DNA of 64,000 nucleotides from an uncultured Candidatus Saccharibacteria bacterium (GTDB lineage Bacteria; Patescibacteriota; Saccharimonadia; CAILAD01; BJGX01): NCBI GenBank assembly GCA_964610335.1, contig CAZSVP010000001.1, positions 23,057 to 87,056 of the forward strand, read 5' to 3'. Shown piece by piece: positions 44,668 to 56,644 of this stretch (position 1 is its first letter; each line of letters starts with the position of its first letter). The notes under the pieces were generated by a model. It saw only the letters and a program-made list of their open reading frames with translations, ran no database searches and was not told where the DNA came from. The position numbers and the translations under genes were made by a program.

Positions 44668-46932
44668 TTATTTTACCAGTAATTTAGCAGTATCTACTAG
44701 GAATCGCCCAGCCAAAGCTCGACGACCTAACAAAGCCGGGAATATCATATTTGATCGATTACTCAATGTAAAGGGCGTTACGAAGGTCTTGCCATTTACA
44801 GCAACCTCCAAATATACGACGTACCTGGTTTCTAACACCCCACTGGTGTTACGCACTCGGACCGTTTCATAGTCGTAGGATGTTGCTGGCTTTTCGGTTG
44901 ATGCTGAAGGATGTTTTTCAACCAATGGCCAATACTTGATATAGTTCTTACCTTGCTGATCAACCTCTTCGACAACATCCTGACAATGTAGTGCACTGTA
45001 GTCTGCCCCAGAGTCAACTCGTGCTTCCACACCACTAAGGCCTAGCTGCTGAAAATCAAGCATTGCTTTGCGACCAATAATGTCAGTTTGGTCAAGTTGC
45101 TTGGATGATTTGCGAGTTTTGGGACGTGCTGCAAATGAAGTACTTGCCATCAAAAACAACACATTGCGGTGTTCGGACTTAAAAATATTGTCTTTAGAGT
45201 AGGCATAATGCTCACTTGTCATAGGATCGATTAGATAATTTCCAATGCGCGAGAAGTAACTGCTAGAATCCTGCAATATTGGGTCGAACAATCTAGAGTT
45301 GTATCCACAAAGTGATGCTGCAACCAAGAACTCGTATTTATTATCAAGGCTAACACTCGCCCAAGATTTATATATTGTCCTTTCGGCGACTTTTAGTAGC
45401 GCGCTACAGCGTAGGTCATTAACTCCCACATTATAAAACTCAGACAACCCAATAATAATATGTGTTACAAAGTATAGCTGCAGTTGATCAGCAGTAGCTT
45501 GATCGATGCCTAGCCTACTTTTATTGGCTGCATAGCTATCGGCAATCTCTGTTAGTGCTGGCAATGGATCCGGCAGCTGTTTTGATAGCTTCATGTTATG
45601 TTTGCTATAGAACCTGGCAAGATACAAGAAGTTTATGGCGTGGGTTGAAAGTATCATGAGTGCGTCTTTGTCTTCAAGCAAAACATTGTATAACTCGACC
45701 ATGTACTTTTCATCTACGAACTTCTTGGCTTGTTCTCGCAGATCTTGTTGGTATATAGTCTCACAAAACAGAACTTTAAATAGTATTCCGGTATAAGCTG
45801 TCAGTTGTGGATATTTAGCAAAGTACGGCGCTCTAGCCTCGGCATTCTTTGTCTTCTTACCACGAGTCTTTGAGTTTGTTTCAAAGATCTTCTGTAATTT
45901 ACCAGCTGATTCCTTTGCTGAGAGACCTATGTATTCTTCTCTTAGTTCTAGCAAACGATGATGATACTGTATATCCCTACCCCAGAGATACATACGCGAG
46001 TAATAATGGAACGCTTTGTTTTGGTTTGTTTTAAACGCCTGATCAAATGTGTCTTTGACAGCAAGGTAGGTTTCTTTGTGCCGAGTTTGAGAATTTTTTA
46101 GGTAGCTACAGATATTGGCAGCAACATCAATGCCAGTAACGTTTTGGAATTCTTGCCAATCAGCGGTAGTGCCAATTTCCAAAATGTAATACTGCTTAGT
46201 ACGCTCATCTTGAATAATATCAATACTTGCAAACTCCAGCCCAAAGACTGCAGTTGCTCGTAGCGACGTAGCTTTGAGCTGTTCTAATATGGCAGTATTT
46301 GACTCTTCTGCAGCCATACCACCTTGGCTAATATTGTTCACGATACTACCTGGTTTTGCACTACGATGCATTACTCCAAGTACAGATCCGTTCAACACTA
46401 AAACACGCCAGTCACCTTTGTTTGGTATGTAGGTTTGGAATATATAATCCTTGTACTTCTTATCAAACTTAGGCAAGTCAGTATTACTTTTAAGCAATAC
46501 AATATTCTTGCCTTTTGTACCATAATTTGGCTTAGCAATAATAGGGAAGTATACTACACCCTGCTTGATAGCATCTTCTAAGTCACTTAAGTTCCTTGGC
46601 CGAACTGTCGGGATAGCATACTCAGGCATATTCTCAGCTATCACGCTTTGCTGATAATATTTGTAGCTTGTATATGGGTTGTTAAGCGATATTCTATTGA
46701 GTAAGTGGTTGTCTTGTTCAATCAGCCTAGCAGCTGCGGCTTTTTCGGAACGGATATCCAACGATGAACTACGCCATACCACTGCGGAATTATTGAACTT
46801 AAGCTGGCTATTTAGGTCCTTTCGAGGATTCAAGTTTACTATCTTAGTACTAAACCCATGTTTTTTGGCTGACGCTTGTAACTTTTGTACATGATAGTCT
46901 TTTGAATCTCGGGAGATTATTACTAGTTTCAT
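44668..46932 (-). CDS. fusion protein: N-terminal ATP-grasp ligase (RimK-like, distinct subfamily) + ~350-aa unknown central domain + C-terminal retropepsin-like 'ATP-dependent zinc protease' (RimK-associated, PF05618-like) domain
   Basis: The N-terminus parallels 46938..47795 (…[21 protein letters not shown]…[33 protein letters not shown]…). The C-terminus …[17 protein letters not shown]…[23 protein letters not shown] matches the RimK-associated zinc-protease family. Confidence 0.6.
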   Translation of the reverse strand: MKLVIISRDSKDYHVQKLQASAKKHGFSTKIVNLNPRKDLNSQLKFNNSAVVWRSSSLDIRSEKAAAARLIEQDNHLLNRISLNNPYTSYKYYQQSVIAENMPEYAIPTVRPRNLSDLEDAIKQGVVYFPIIAKPNYGTKGKNIVLLKSNTDLPKFDKKYKDYIFQTYIPNKGDWRVLVLNGSVLGVMHRSAKPGSIVNNISQGGMAAEESNTAILEQLKATSLRATAVFGLEFASIDIIQDERTKQYYILEIGTTADWQEFQNVTGIDVAANICSYLKNSQTRHKETYLAVKDTFDQAFKTNQNKAFHYYSRMYLWGRDIQYHHRLLELREEYIGLSAKESAGKLQKIFETNSKTRGKKTKNAEARAPYFAKYPQLTAYTGILFKVLFCETIYQQDLREQAKKFVDEKYMVELYNVLLEDKDALMILSTHAINFLYLARFYSKHNMKLSKQLPDPLPALTEIADSYAANKSRLGIDQATADQLQLYFVTHIIIGLSEFYNVGVNDLRCSALLKVAERTIYKSWASVSLDNKYEFLVAASLCGYNSRLFDPILQDSSSYFSRIGNYLIDPMTSEHYAYSKDNIFKSEHRNVLFLMASTSFAARPKTRKSSKQLDQTDIIGRKAMLDFQQLGLSGVEARVDSGADYSALHCQDVVEEVDQQGKNYIKYWPLVEKHPSASTEKPATSYDYETVRVRNTSGVLETRYVVYLEVAVNGKTFVTPFTLSNRSNMIFPALLGRRALAGRFLVDTAKLLVK

Positions 46933-46937
46933 ACAAA

Positions 46938-47795
46938 CTATCCAAATCTTTTCTTAAGCTCTACCACTACTTCTTCAGCAACATTTACTCCTGTCATAGC
47001 TTGGAAACCATTGTCTCCGTCCCACTCTGGTGCAGAGTTAATCTCTAAGAAAAAGAATGCACCTGTCGACTTGTCTTGTATCACATCAACTCCACACAAT
47101 TTGTACCCAATATTGTTAGCCATTCGCACCGCTATATTACTAACCTCTCGTACAACCTCAGGGTCTGTCTCATGCTCTGAACTTCCTCCTTGAGAAATGT
47201 TGTTTAGATAGTGTCCTTTGCGAGCAATGCGCTTCATCACACCCAAAGCCCGCCCCTCAAACACAATAATGCGCCAATCACCGTCGTTAGGGATAAAGTT
47301 TTGGAATACCATGTCTGAAATGATTGGCTTTATTTCCTTTAGTTGAATGGCTGATTTTACTAGCACAATACCCTTGCCCTGCGCACCATAATTTGGTTTG
47401 GCTATAAACGGATAATGCAGCATATTGGCTTCAATTGCTGCCTTTAATTCTTTAAGTAGATGGAACCGATAAGTAGCTATATGTGGAACATGTTTGTCGT
47501 GTTCTGCCACCATTTGCTGTACAAATTTGTACGCCACAAATGGTCGCTGCAATACTGCGTCATTGATAACATACTTGTCTTTGAGAATCTCACCAACCAC
47601 AGCTCGCTCCGATCTAATATCCAATTTGGATGCACGCCAAAGCACAACATCACCAAATTGCTCAACATCCGCTACAATTGTATTTGGATTATGCAGGTGA
47701 TGCACTTGAGCCTCAACATTGTGTTTCTTACAAGCATCAATTAGCTGTTGAACATGCCAATTACTTATTGATTTTGAAACAATAGAAAACTTCAC
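46938..47795 (-). CDS. ATP-grasp family ligase (RimK-like, paralog of the N-terminal domain of 44668..46932)
   Basis: …HYPFIAKPNYGAQGKGIVLVKS…GDWRIIVFEGRALGVMKRIARKGHYLNNISQGG…CGVDVIQDKSTGAFFFLEINSAPEW…. Confidence 0.7.
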   Translation of the reverse strand: MKFSIVSKSISNWHVQQLIDACKKHNVEAQVHHLHNPNTIVADVEQFGDVVLWRASKLDIRSERAVVGEILKDKYVINDAVLQRPFVAYKFVQQMVAEHDKHVPHIATYRFHLLKELKAAIEANMLHYPFIAKPNYGAQGKGIVLVKSAIQLKEIKPIISDMVFQNFIPNDGDWRIIVFEGRALGVMKRIARKGHYLNNISQGGSSEHETDPEVVREVSNIAVRMANNIGYKLCGVDVIQDKSTGAFFFLEINSAPEWDGDNGFQAMTGVNVAEEVVVELKKRFG

Positions 47796-47862
47796 GGCAA
47801 TCCTCCGCTTTGGTTAGTAAATTTGCACTTATTATACCACAAACAGATGAGTTTGCCAATTG

Positions 47863-48366
47863 TTATTTCTTCTTTCTCCTATGCTTCTTCTCTTCTTTGT
47901 TCTTGATAGGAAGCGCTGTAAACACAATCAATATTCCTAACTCAAACAGAATAATATACGCTCTAAGGTCATAGACCATGGCAGCAAGATTGTAGTTGGT
48001 GACAAGTTCCTGACGAGTGCCTACAGGTAAAAGAACCAAAGAGATTGACACACCAAACAGTGCAGTAGCTATGGCGAAGAAAATCGTTCTTAAACTGCGT
48101 TGAGCGTGTCGCTGGCCTATAAACGATGCACATATGAATATTATTGCCACAATCCAGATGATTGCTACCTTGCGATCAGCTTTAACGATTGTTTCTGGCA
48201 AAATATTGAGTAATGACTCTGGTAGTACTTGAGCTACTACAAACCCGGCGGTCAAACCAAACGCCATAGCTCTCACTCGAATCTCACCTAGTAACATACC
48301 GAGTGCTATACTGCTTCCGACAACAGTAGCTAATAACAGATTAAATGATGAAACAATTTGTTGCAT
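47863..48366 (-). CDS. hypothetical integral membrane protein (5 TM, poly-Lys C-terminus)
   Basis: 167 aa, hydrophobic, with no recognisable motif. Confidence 0.4.
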   Translation of the reverse strand: MQQIVSSFNLLLATVVGSSIALGMLLGEIRVRAMAFGLTAGFVVAQVLPESLLNILPETIVKADRKVAIIWIVAIIFICASFIGQRHAQRSLRTIFFAIATALFGVSISLVLLPVGTRQELVTNYNLAAMVYDLRAYIILFELGILIVFTALPIKNKEEKKHRRKKK

Positions 48367-48429
48367 GCTATGCCCAGTATAAGCCTAAGCATAATGCCAT
48401 AACAAGCCAATCAATAGCTCAAATACAAT

Positions 48430-49350
48430 CTAACCAAAGAATCGACGCTTACCTGATTTTTGGAACTCTCTTAGTAGTTCTTTTTGCTTGGCACTAAGCT
48501 TAGTAGGTATCTCCACTGCTATCTGCACCAAATGGTCACCATGTCGTTCACTTCCTACTACCGGCATACCTTTGCCACTTAGTTTGAGAATCTTACCATT
48601 CTGGGTACCCTCAGGTACTTTGATAGTCACATCACCGCTTATAGTCTCCACCTCAAGTTCTCCACCAATTGCTGCAGTCACCATGTCTATTGTCGCTTCA
48701 GTAATAATATCCGACCCTTGTCTGTGCCACCTACGATCAGGCCGAATTTGAACTCGTACATAAAGATCTCCCCGACTACCGTCTTGACCGACTTCACCCT
48801 TGTTAGACAACTTCACAGCCTGGCCGTCATCAATACCCGCTGGTATCTTGATCTTAACTTCTTCGTTCTTGCGCTCACCAGCCTTGTGATCAGCCACACG
48901 AAGACTCAGCTCTTTGGTTGTACCATGTATAGCTTCATCAAAATCGATTGTGATGGATATTTCAACATCACGGGCTCGCCCACGCCCGCCACTATTGAAA
49001 AACATCTCAAATATGTCATTGATACCACCCCCACCAAAATCGAACTGCACACCATCAAATCCTTGGGCACCACCAAAACCAGCACCGAATGGATTGCCAC
49101 CCATGCCAGCCCCTTGATCGTTGAAACCAGCATTACCAGCTCCCGCAGCATGCCCAAACTGATCGTAAGCTTGACGCTTCTTCTCATCGCTGAGCACTTC
49201 ATAGGCCTCGTTGACTTCTTTGAAGGCCGTTTCATCCCCACCCTTGTCAGGGTGATGTTCTACTGCTTTGCGGCGAAAAGCTTTTTTTATTTCGTCCTGG
49301 GTAGATGATTTTTCAACACCAAGAACTTCGTAGTAATCACGTTGGCTCAT
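48430..49350 (-). CDS. dnaJ: J-domain chaperone DnaJ/CbpA-type (no zinc-finger CxxCxGxG repeats)
   Basis: [12 protein letters not shown]…HHPDKGG… J-domain, a G/F-rich region, and C-terminal substrate-binding domains. The Cys-rich zinc finger is absent. Confidence 0.85.
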   Translation of the reverse strand: MSQRDYYEVLGVEKSSTQDEIKKAFRRKAVEHHPDKGGDETAFKEVNEAYEVLSDEKKRQAYDQFGHAAGAGNAGFNDQGAGMGGNPFGAGFGGAQGFDGVQFDFGGGGINDIFEMFFNSGGRGRARDVEISITIDFDEAIHGTTKELSLRVADHKAGERKNEEVKIKIPAGIDDGQAVKLSNKGEVGQDGSRGDLYVRVQIRPDRRWHRQGSDIITEATIDMVTAAIGGELEVETISGDVTIKVPEGTQNGKILKLSGKGMPVVGSERHGDHLVQIAVEIPTKLSAKQKELLREFQKSGKRRFFG

Positions 49351-49352
49351 GG

Positions 49353-49985
49353 CTACTTATTGGACCTTTTAAAACTTTCTACAATGTCAGATTTACTAAA
49401 AGTGATAGTACTATTTACGTGGGCGACAATGGCTTTGTTCAAATTCTTGTCATATCCCACATAAGTTATCTTGTGCCCACGCTCTTTTACAATACGCAGT
49501 GCTGGGATTACATCCGAGTCGGAACTTACAATAACAAAATGCAAGTTCTTGTTCTCATAAGCAGCTTGTACCATGTCAACCGCTATGGTTACATCCACTC
49601 CCTTTTCTTGAAAAATCACATTTTCACCACGCTTGCGCGCCTTGAGGTTACCAGCCGTTATAAACTCAATCTTTTGTTTGGCTAGCCACGATCCCCAAGC
49701 ACGCTTTTGTTCTACCATCTTAAGAGTCGCCTCGTGAGTTTCTTCGCCCATATCCTCAATAATATGAAGCTTGGTACCATAGTATCGTACGTTGATCGGC
49801 TTGATGTTATCCTTAACTGCATCGATAAAGAGTGAGATCATATCGATCTTGAGTAGTTCGGCACGCTCGCTTATCAACTTCTCCTTGACCAGCACGTCCA
49901 CCAACTGATAGAACAAGTTTTCTCCGTCTATATAGATGTTGGCAGGCGTTTTGGTGCCTGGATTGTTATCATTCATAGTACTCAT
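49353..49985 (-). CDS. NYN domain (LabA/PIN-like predicted RNase) protein embedded in the dnaK operon
   Basis: …[13 protein letters not shown]… (the IDGeN motif), …[13 protein letters not shown]…, acidic residues typical of the NYN/PIN fold. Sits between dnaK and dnaJ. Confidence 0.6.
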   Translation of the reverse strand: MSTMNDNNPGTKTPANIYIDGENLFYQLVDVLVKEKLISERAELLKIDMISLFIDAVKDNIKPINVRYYGTKLHIIEDMGEETHEATLKMVEQKRAWGSWLAKQKIEFITAGNLKARKRGENVIFQEKGVDVTIAVDMVQAAYENKNLHFVIVSSDSDVIPALRIVKERGHKITYVGYDKNLNKAIVAHVNSTITFSKSDIVESFKRSNK

Positions 49986-50019
49986 TATAAACCACCATTA
50001 GTAATGTTGGTTTATAACA

Positions 50020-51951
<1,932 letters not shown>

Positions 51952-52476
51952 TTATTCTCCTTTTATTACTTTACTAGTATTTTTGGCTTGTCCACTACTT
52001 ACCTTGACTCGTGCTGGACGCACTACTCGCTCGCCGATTTTGTAGCCTGGAGTAATTACCTCTACCACGATGTTCTCTGGTTTGTTCGAGTCTATGTACT
52101 CAATCGCTTCATGTTGGTTATGATCAAACTTCTGACCGACTGGATTAAGTTTGGTTATGTTCATCTCAGTAAGTTGATCGTTGAGCTGTTGGCCTATATA
52201 ACTTATGCCTTTTGCCCAAGCATTGTCTGTTAGATCGTCTGGCAAATGGTTGGCCGCTAAATTCAGGTTATCTAGTGCTGGTAAAAGCTCACCCAACACG
52301 GCCTCCTTAGCATGGTCCATTAACTCACCACGTTCTGAAGCAACACGTTTTTTGTAGTTTTCAAACTCAGCTTGAAGCCTTTGCAAATGCACAGTCAACT
52401 CTCCAATCTGCTGCTCATACTCAGCCGCAGATTTAGGTTTTGACTTCTTGATAGCTGGCTTCTTTTCTGGTTTCAT
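51952..52476 (-). CDS. grpE: nucleotide exchange factor GrpE
   Basis: 174 aa with a coiled-coil N-terminus and a C-terminal beta-domain (…GYKIGERVVRPARVKV…). Confidence 0.85.
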   Translation of the reverse strand: MKPEKKPAIKKSKPKSAAEYEQQIGELTVHLQRLQAEFENYKKRVASERGELMDHAKEAVLGELLPALDNLNLAANHLPDDLTDNAWAKGISYIGQQLNDQLTEMNITKLNPVGQKFDHNQHEAIEYIDSNKPENIVVEVITPGYKIGERVVRPARVKVSSGQAKNTSKVIKGE

Positions 52477-52481
52477 ACTAT

Positions 52482-53228
52482 TTATACTTCGCTAAATACT
52501 TCTTCGAGTGCTTGTGATGTGGTCTCGACTAGGTTCATAACCTTGCCATAGCTTTGTCGGGTGGGACCGACTATACCTATATAGCTATGCTGACTATATG
52601 GCGATGTGAACCGATTCACGATCATGGTAAGGCCACTGGTTTCTACCACCGGGTTCTCGCGCCCTATATAGACCTGTAAGTTATCAAGTTTGCTTTCAAA
52701 CAACCAAGCCTGCATAGCATCTAGAAATCGAGCTGCTTGGCTGGCTTCAATCTGAGCAGCAAACTCTGGTTGGCTAAACAACTGGTTCAGGCCATGAAAG
52801 TAAACTGTGTCACTGAGCGTGGCAAAAGCCATATTGCCGGTCAGATCGCTCAAGGTTTCGGCAGCAATTTTTATAGCACTGTCAGTCCGATCCTTGAGCG
52901 AATCTACCCGCTTGGTTATCGTCTGGAGACTTCGTCCAGACGGGGAAGCTTGTTGTTCGGTTACGTTATTTACATAATAGCGATATCCTTTGTCGGTTGG
53001 TACGCGTCCAGCTGAAATATGTGGCTGGTGTATGTAGCCGGCTTCTTCTAAATGCGCCATCTCCGCCCGTATAGTGGCTGAAGAAAGACCAAAGGTTCGG
53101 GAAAGCTCCCGTGAGCTAACAGGCTCAGCCGAATCAGCGTAGAGCCGTACTACCTCCAAAAGAATGTCGCTTTGGCGATCTGTCATGACAGTATCTATCA
53201 TATTACTCGAGTGTTTAGCAGTCAACAC
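52482..53228 (-). CDS. hrcA: heat-inducible transcription repressor HrcA (short form; true start probably MTDRQSDILL)
   Basis: An N-terminal winged HTH (…SDILLEVVRLYADSAEPVSSRELSRTFGLSSATIRAEMAHLEEAGYI…), operon context with grpE-dnaK, and a CIRCE element directly upstream. Confidence 0.8.
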   Translation of the reverse strand: MLTAKHSSNMIDTVMTDRQSDILLEVVRLYADSAEPVSSRELSRTFGLSSATIRAEMAHLEEAGYIHQPHISAGRVPTDKGYRYYVNNVTEQQASPSGRSLQTITKRVDSLKDRTDSAIKIAAETLSDLTGNMAFATLSDTVYFHGLNQLFSQPEFAAQIEASQAARFLDAMQAWLFESKLDNLQVYIGRENPVVETSGLTMIVNRFTSPYSQHSYIGIVGPTRQSYGKVMNLVETTSQALEEVFSEV

Positions 53229-53263
53229 CCATGAGTGCTGACTACAATACTAGTGTAACTAAA

Positions 53264-53290
53264 TTGGCACTCTCATGTCAAGAGTGCCAA
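53264..53290. promoter_or_regulatory. CIRCE-like operator: perfect inverted repeat TTGGCACTC-N9-GAGTGCCAA, 36 bp upstream of hrcA
   Basis: The classical CIRCE is TTAGCACTC-N9-GAGTGCTAA. Here there is one symmetric substitution per arm (A to G and T to C) and the 9-nt spacer tcatgtcaa contains TTGACA on the coding strand. Confidence 0.75.
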
Positions 53291-53313
53291 TAATAGTTTT
53301 ATGTAACTTTTTT

Positions 53314-53940
53314 CTATTGTGTTGGGCAGGTTATCTTACTAACCTTCCAGACATTGCCTTCCTTGGTATTGTTCAGGCTAATAACCAGGGTAGAAGGTGG
53401 TGGCCCAGCGTACACGCCTGAGACTTTCATAGTTCCGGTGGTACCACTAACCGTTGGAGTACTGTACTGATAATCGGTGGATTTAGTAAGTGTACTCTGG
53501 CTACAAGAGATTAGGTCTACGCTCTTGTTGGCATTGTACTGATCAACTACTGCTTGAGTAATGTAGCCATTCTTGTATAGGTAGTTGATGTCTTTTTCTT
53601 TATTGTCTATCCAGTACTTATACATAGCCTGCACTTGGGCTGAAATGGCTTGCTGGTCAGTAGTAGCACTCGTTGATTGAGGTGCAGTCTTGGTAGCATC
53701 TAGCTCAGACTGCATTGTAGCAACTTTCTGATTAAGTTCGTTGATAGCGGCAGTATCCTTCTGTTTCTGCTGATTAATCTGTCGATTCATGTACCACCAG
53801 GTGCCTGCTCCTGCTAGTACTGCAACGAGTATGATTATCAGAATAGGCACTAATAGTCCACCACCTCGTTTTGGTGGCGCATCCATGCTGGCTACTAGTG
53901 GGTCAACTGCTGGCGGTTGGTTAACTGGTGTTTGATCCAT
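53314..53940 (-). CDS. hypothetical bitopic membrane protein (Pro-rich N-tail, TM, coiled coil, Cys-containing C-terminal domain)
   Basis: 208 aa. A paralog of 53955..54569 with the same architecture and a conserved C-terminal …W K(V/A)… (I)(T/S)C… motif. Confidence 0.45.
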   Translation of the reverse strand: MDQTPVNQPPAVDPLVASMDAPPKRGGGLLVPILIIILVAVLAGAGTWWYMNRQINQQKQKDTAAINELNQKVATMQSELDATKTAPQSTSATTDQQAISAQVQAMYKYWIDNKEKDINYLYKNGYITQAVVDQYNANKSVDLISCSQSTLTKSTDYQYSTPTVSGTTGTMKVSGVYAGPPPSTLVISLNNTKEGNVWKVSKITCPTQ

Positions 53941-53954
53941 ATATTCTCCTTAGG

Positions 53955-54569
53955 TTACTGTAGTACTAAACACGAAATATTATTGGCTTTCCAAACATTC
54001 TCGGCATTTATTACGTCGACATTGGCGCCTTGCTTATTTGTACCACTAATTACAATGCCTGATACTACTTTCTTGTCTGTAGCAGAAGTTATTGTGTATA
54101 CATAACTTTGTGGCTTGGTAACTGAACAAAGTACATTGGTCTTTCCTGATTTGAGAGCTGCCTCAAGCTCTGCGGTAACTAAACCTTTGTTAACTGATTC
54201 AGTGATAAGAGTATTCTTGTCTGTGTTGTTGGCAGTACCATTTATCCAAAGGTCATAAAGTGATTTGATAGTTTTGCCAGCCGCTACACTTGGGTTTTGG
54301 TTGGCCTCGTCAAGCTGTTTTTGTAAGTCTGCTATTTGTGCGTTTAATTGATCTATTTGAGCCTGAGTTTGAGATTTCTCCTGCTTGGCCTTATTGTTCA
54401 TATAGTACCAAACACCACCGACAGATGCTGTTACCAACACCACTGCTAAAACGACTAACAAGGCAATTTTACCCCCGTTACGTTTTGGCAGCTGCATGGT
54501 ATTAGTTGAGCTTACATCGATCGGCTCTGGTGCGCCACTCGGATTAATTGGTTGTATTGGATCTGGCAT
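53955..54569 (-). CDS. hypothetical bitopic membrane protein, paralog of 53314..53940
   Basis: 204 aa. MPDPIQPINPSG… a TM (IALLVVLAVVLVTASVGGVWYY), a Q-rich coiled coil, then a globular C-terminus. Confidence 0.45.
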   Translation of the reverse strand: MPDPIQPINPSGAPEPIDVSSTNTMQLPKRNGGKIALLVVLAVVLVTASVGGVWYYMNNKAKQEKSQTQAQIDQLNAQIADLQKQLDEANQNPSVAAGKTIKSLYDLWINGTANNTDKNTLITESVNKGLVTAELEAALKSGKTNVLCSVTKPQSYVYTITSATDKKVVSGIVISGTNKQGANVDVINAENVWKANNISCLVLQ

Positions 54570-54586
54570 GTACCCTCCTAGTTTAT

Positions 54587-54835
54587 TTATTGATAATCAC
54601 TAAAAATATCATCTACATTGGTGTCTTCATACTGCTGCAAACGGCTAACCGCAGCGTCACGACTCTGTTGCAACTTCTGTACATCCGACTGATAAGCAGC
54701 TGCTCGCACAAAGTACAACGACCAGCCGATAATAGCCAGAGCAGCAAGGACGAAGACCAATACCCACATATATCCAAGGTGCTGTTTAGATTGATCGTCT
54801 TGTTTTGGTTTGGGCTTGTTTGACTTACTCGGCAT
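54587..54835 (-). CDS. small bitopic membrane protein with coiled coil (FtsB/DivIC-like architecture)
   Basis: 82 aa: a basic N-tail, a TM (YMWVLVFVLAALAIIGWSLYF), then a short coiled coil (QSDVQKLQQSRDAAVSRLQQYED). Confidence 0.35.
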   Translation of the reverse strand: MPSKSNKPKPKQDDQSKQHLGYMWVLVFVLAALAIIGWSLYFVRAAAYQSDVQKLQQSRDAAVSRLQQYEDTNVDDIFSDYQ

Positions 54836-54856
54836 TAAGCATATTATACCATTTTG

Positions 54857-56644
54857 CTAGTCATTTTTCTGCAGTAGTACCATGAACGCTTCGGATGGTA
54901 TCTCCACCTTACCAATCATCTTCATTTTCTTCTTACCCGCCTTCTGTTTAGCCCAAAGTTTCTTCTTGCGGCTGATATCGCCACCATAGAGCTTGGCAGT
55001 AACATTCTTGCCTAAAGCCTTGATGTCTTCACGAGCAATGAATTTACCACCAATAGCAGCTTGCAAACTTACCTCAAACAACTGTCGGGGGATAACTCCA
55101 GATAACTTCTCTACTACCTGCCTACCTATCCGAACTGATTCACTCCGATGCACTATCATACTTAAACTGTCTACTTTTTCACCAGCAACCAAGAAGTCAA
55201 CTTTTACGAGATCTTCCTCTTTATACTCCCAAAAATCATAGTTAAAACTGCCATATCCAGAAGTAGCACTTTTTAGTTGATCGTAAAAGTCCACCAGCAT
55301 ATTGGCTAGTGGAGCTACAAATTCTATCAACGCCACTTTTTCATCAATATAGCTAAGATTGCGCTGTTCGCCACGTAATGAATTAACTAGTTGCATAAGT
55401 GAGCCTAGATACTGGGTCGGCGTAATAAGCTCACCTTTGATCCAAGGTTCCTTGATAATTTGAATTTGTGTTGGATCTGGTAGCTCAGCGGCAGACTGAA
55501 TGTGCACTTCTTCGCCAGCATGATCGACTACTATATAGTCAACACTTGGATTGGTCACAACCAAATCTAAGTCGTGCTCGCGCTCCAAACGTTCTTTGAC
55601 AATCTCCATATGAAGCAACCCCAAGAATCCAACTCTAAATCCAAAACCCAACACTGTGGAATTCTCTTGAGTGTAGTCGAGCGCGGCATCATTGAGACTT
55701 AGCTTAGCCAAAGCTTCCTTGAGGCCTGGATAATCAGTGGCACTAACAGGGTATATACCAGCATAGACAAATGGTTTGACTCGTTTATAACCAGGCAATG
55801 GTTCAATTGCTGTCTGACCTTGGAGAGTAACCGTATCGCCCACACGAGCATCAGCAGTTGTCTTGAGATTACTTACAATAAAGCCAATTTGGCCACAGCT
55901 AAGCACATCATCTGAGCTCATACTCGGATTGAAGTGCCCAACATCTATCGCAATCGATTGTTTTCCTGAAGCCATAAAGTGAAGTTGATCATTCTTGTGA
56001 AGTGTCCCATCAATGACGCGTACGTAGAGGATTACGCCACGATATTCATCGTAAATTGAATCAAATATGAGCGCCCGCGTACTACCCTGTGGATTGCCTT
56101 GTGGCGCTGGCACTTCAGCCACAATCCGATCGAGCAGTTCAGATACACCCTGACCTTCCTTGGCAGAGATTCGCAGTACTTCATCGGCGTCACATCCGAT
56201 TAGCTTGGCTACTTCAGCAGCAACTCTGTCTGGTTCTGCAGCTGGCAAGTCAATCTTATTAATAACTGGAATAATATGTAGATTTGCCTCCATTGCAAGA
56301 TAAACATTGGCAAGCGTTTGGGCCTGAATCCCCTGGCTAGCATCTACCACCAAGACAGCCCCCTCACAGGCTTGCAAACTACGGCTTACTTCGTAGCTAA
56401 AGTCGACATGGCCGGGGGTGTCGATTAGATTCAGAATATTGTCTTGCCAAGACATGCGCACTGGCTGAAGTTTGATAGTAATGCCACGCTCACGCTCTAT
56501 GTCCATTTGATCTAGCAGTTGAGCTTTCATGTCGCGCATCTGTACAGTACCGGTGATCTCCAACATACGATCAGCCAAGGTGCTCTTACCATGGTCGATG
56601 TGAGCAATGATACAAAAATTTCGAATGTGGGATTGATCGTTCAT
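54857..56644 (-). CDS. lepA: translation elongation factor 4 (LepA)
   Basis: IRNFCIIAHIDHGKSTLADR… G-domain and the LepA-specific C-terminal domain. Confidence 0.93.
   Translation of the reverse strand: MNDQSHIRNFCIIAHIDHGKSTLADRMLEITGTVQMRDMKAQLLDQMDIERERGITIKLQPVRMSWQDNILNLIDTPGHVDFSYEVSRSLQACEGAVLVVDASQGIQAQTLANVYLAMEANLHIIPVINKIDLPAAEPDRVAAEVAKLIGCDADEVLRISAKEGQGVSELLDRIVAEVPAPQGNPQGSTRALIFDSIYDEYRGVILYVRVIDGTLHKNDQLHFMASGKQSIAIDVGHFNPSMSSDDVLSCGQIGFIVSNLKTTADARVGDTVTLQGQTAIEPLPGYKRVKPFVYAGIYPVSATDYPGLKEALAKLSLNDAALDYTQENSTVLGFGFRVGFLGLLHMEIVKERLEREHDLDLVVTNPSVDYIVVDHAGEEVHIQSAAELPDPTQIQIIKEPWIKGELITPTQYLGSLMQLVNSLRGEQRNLSYIDEKVALIEFVAPLANMLVDFYDQLKSATSGYGSFNYDFWEYKEEDLVKVDFLVAGEKVDSLSMIVHRSESVRIGRQVVEKLSGVIPRQLFEVSLQAAIGGKFIAREDIKALGKNVTAKLYGGDISRKKKLWAKQKAGKKKMKMIGKVEIPSEAFMVLLQKND

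Noticed and set aside
48718-49308. 196-aa plus-strand ORF antisense to dnaJ.
   Set aside because: It is fully contained antisense within the conserved dnaJ frame, with no RBS and a low-complexity translation.
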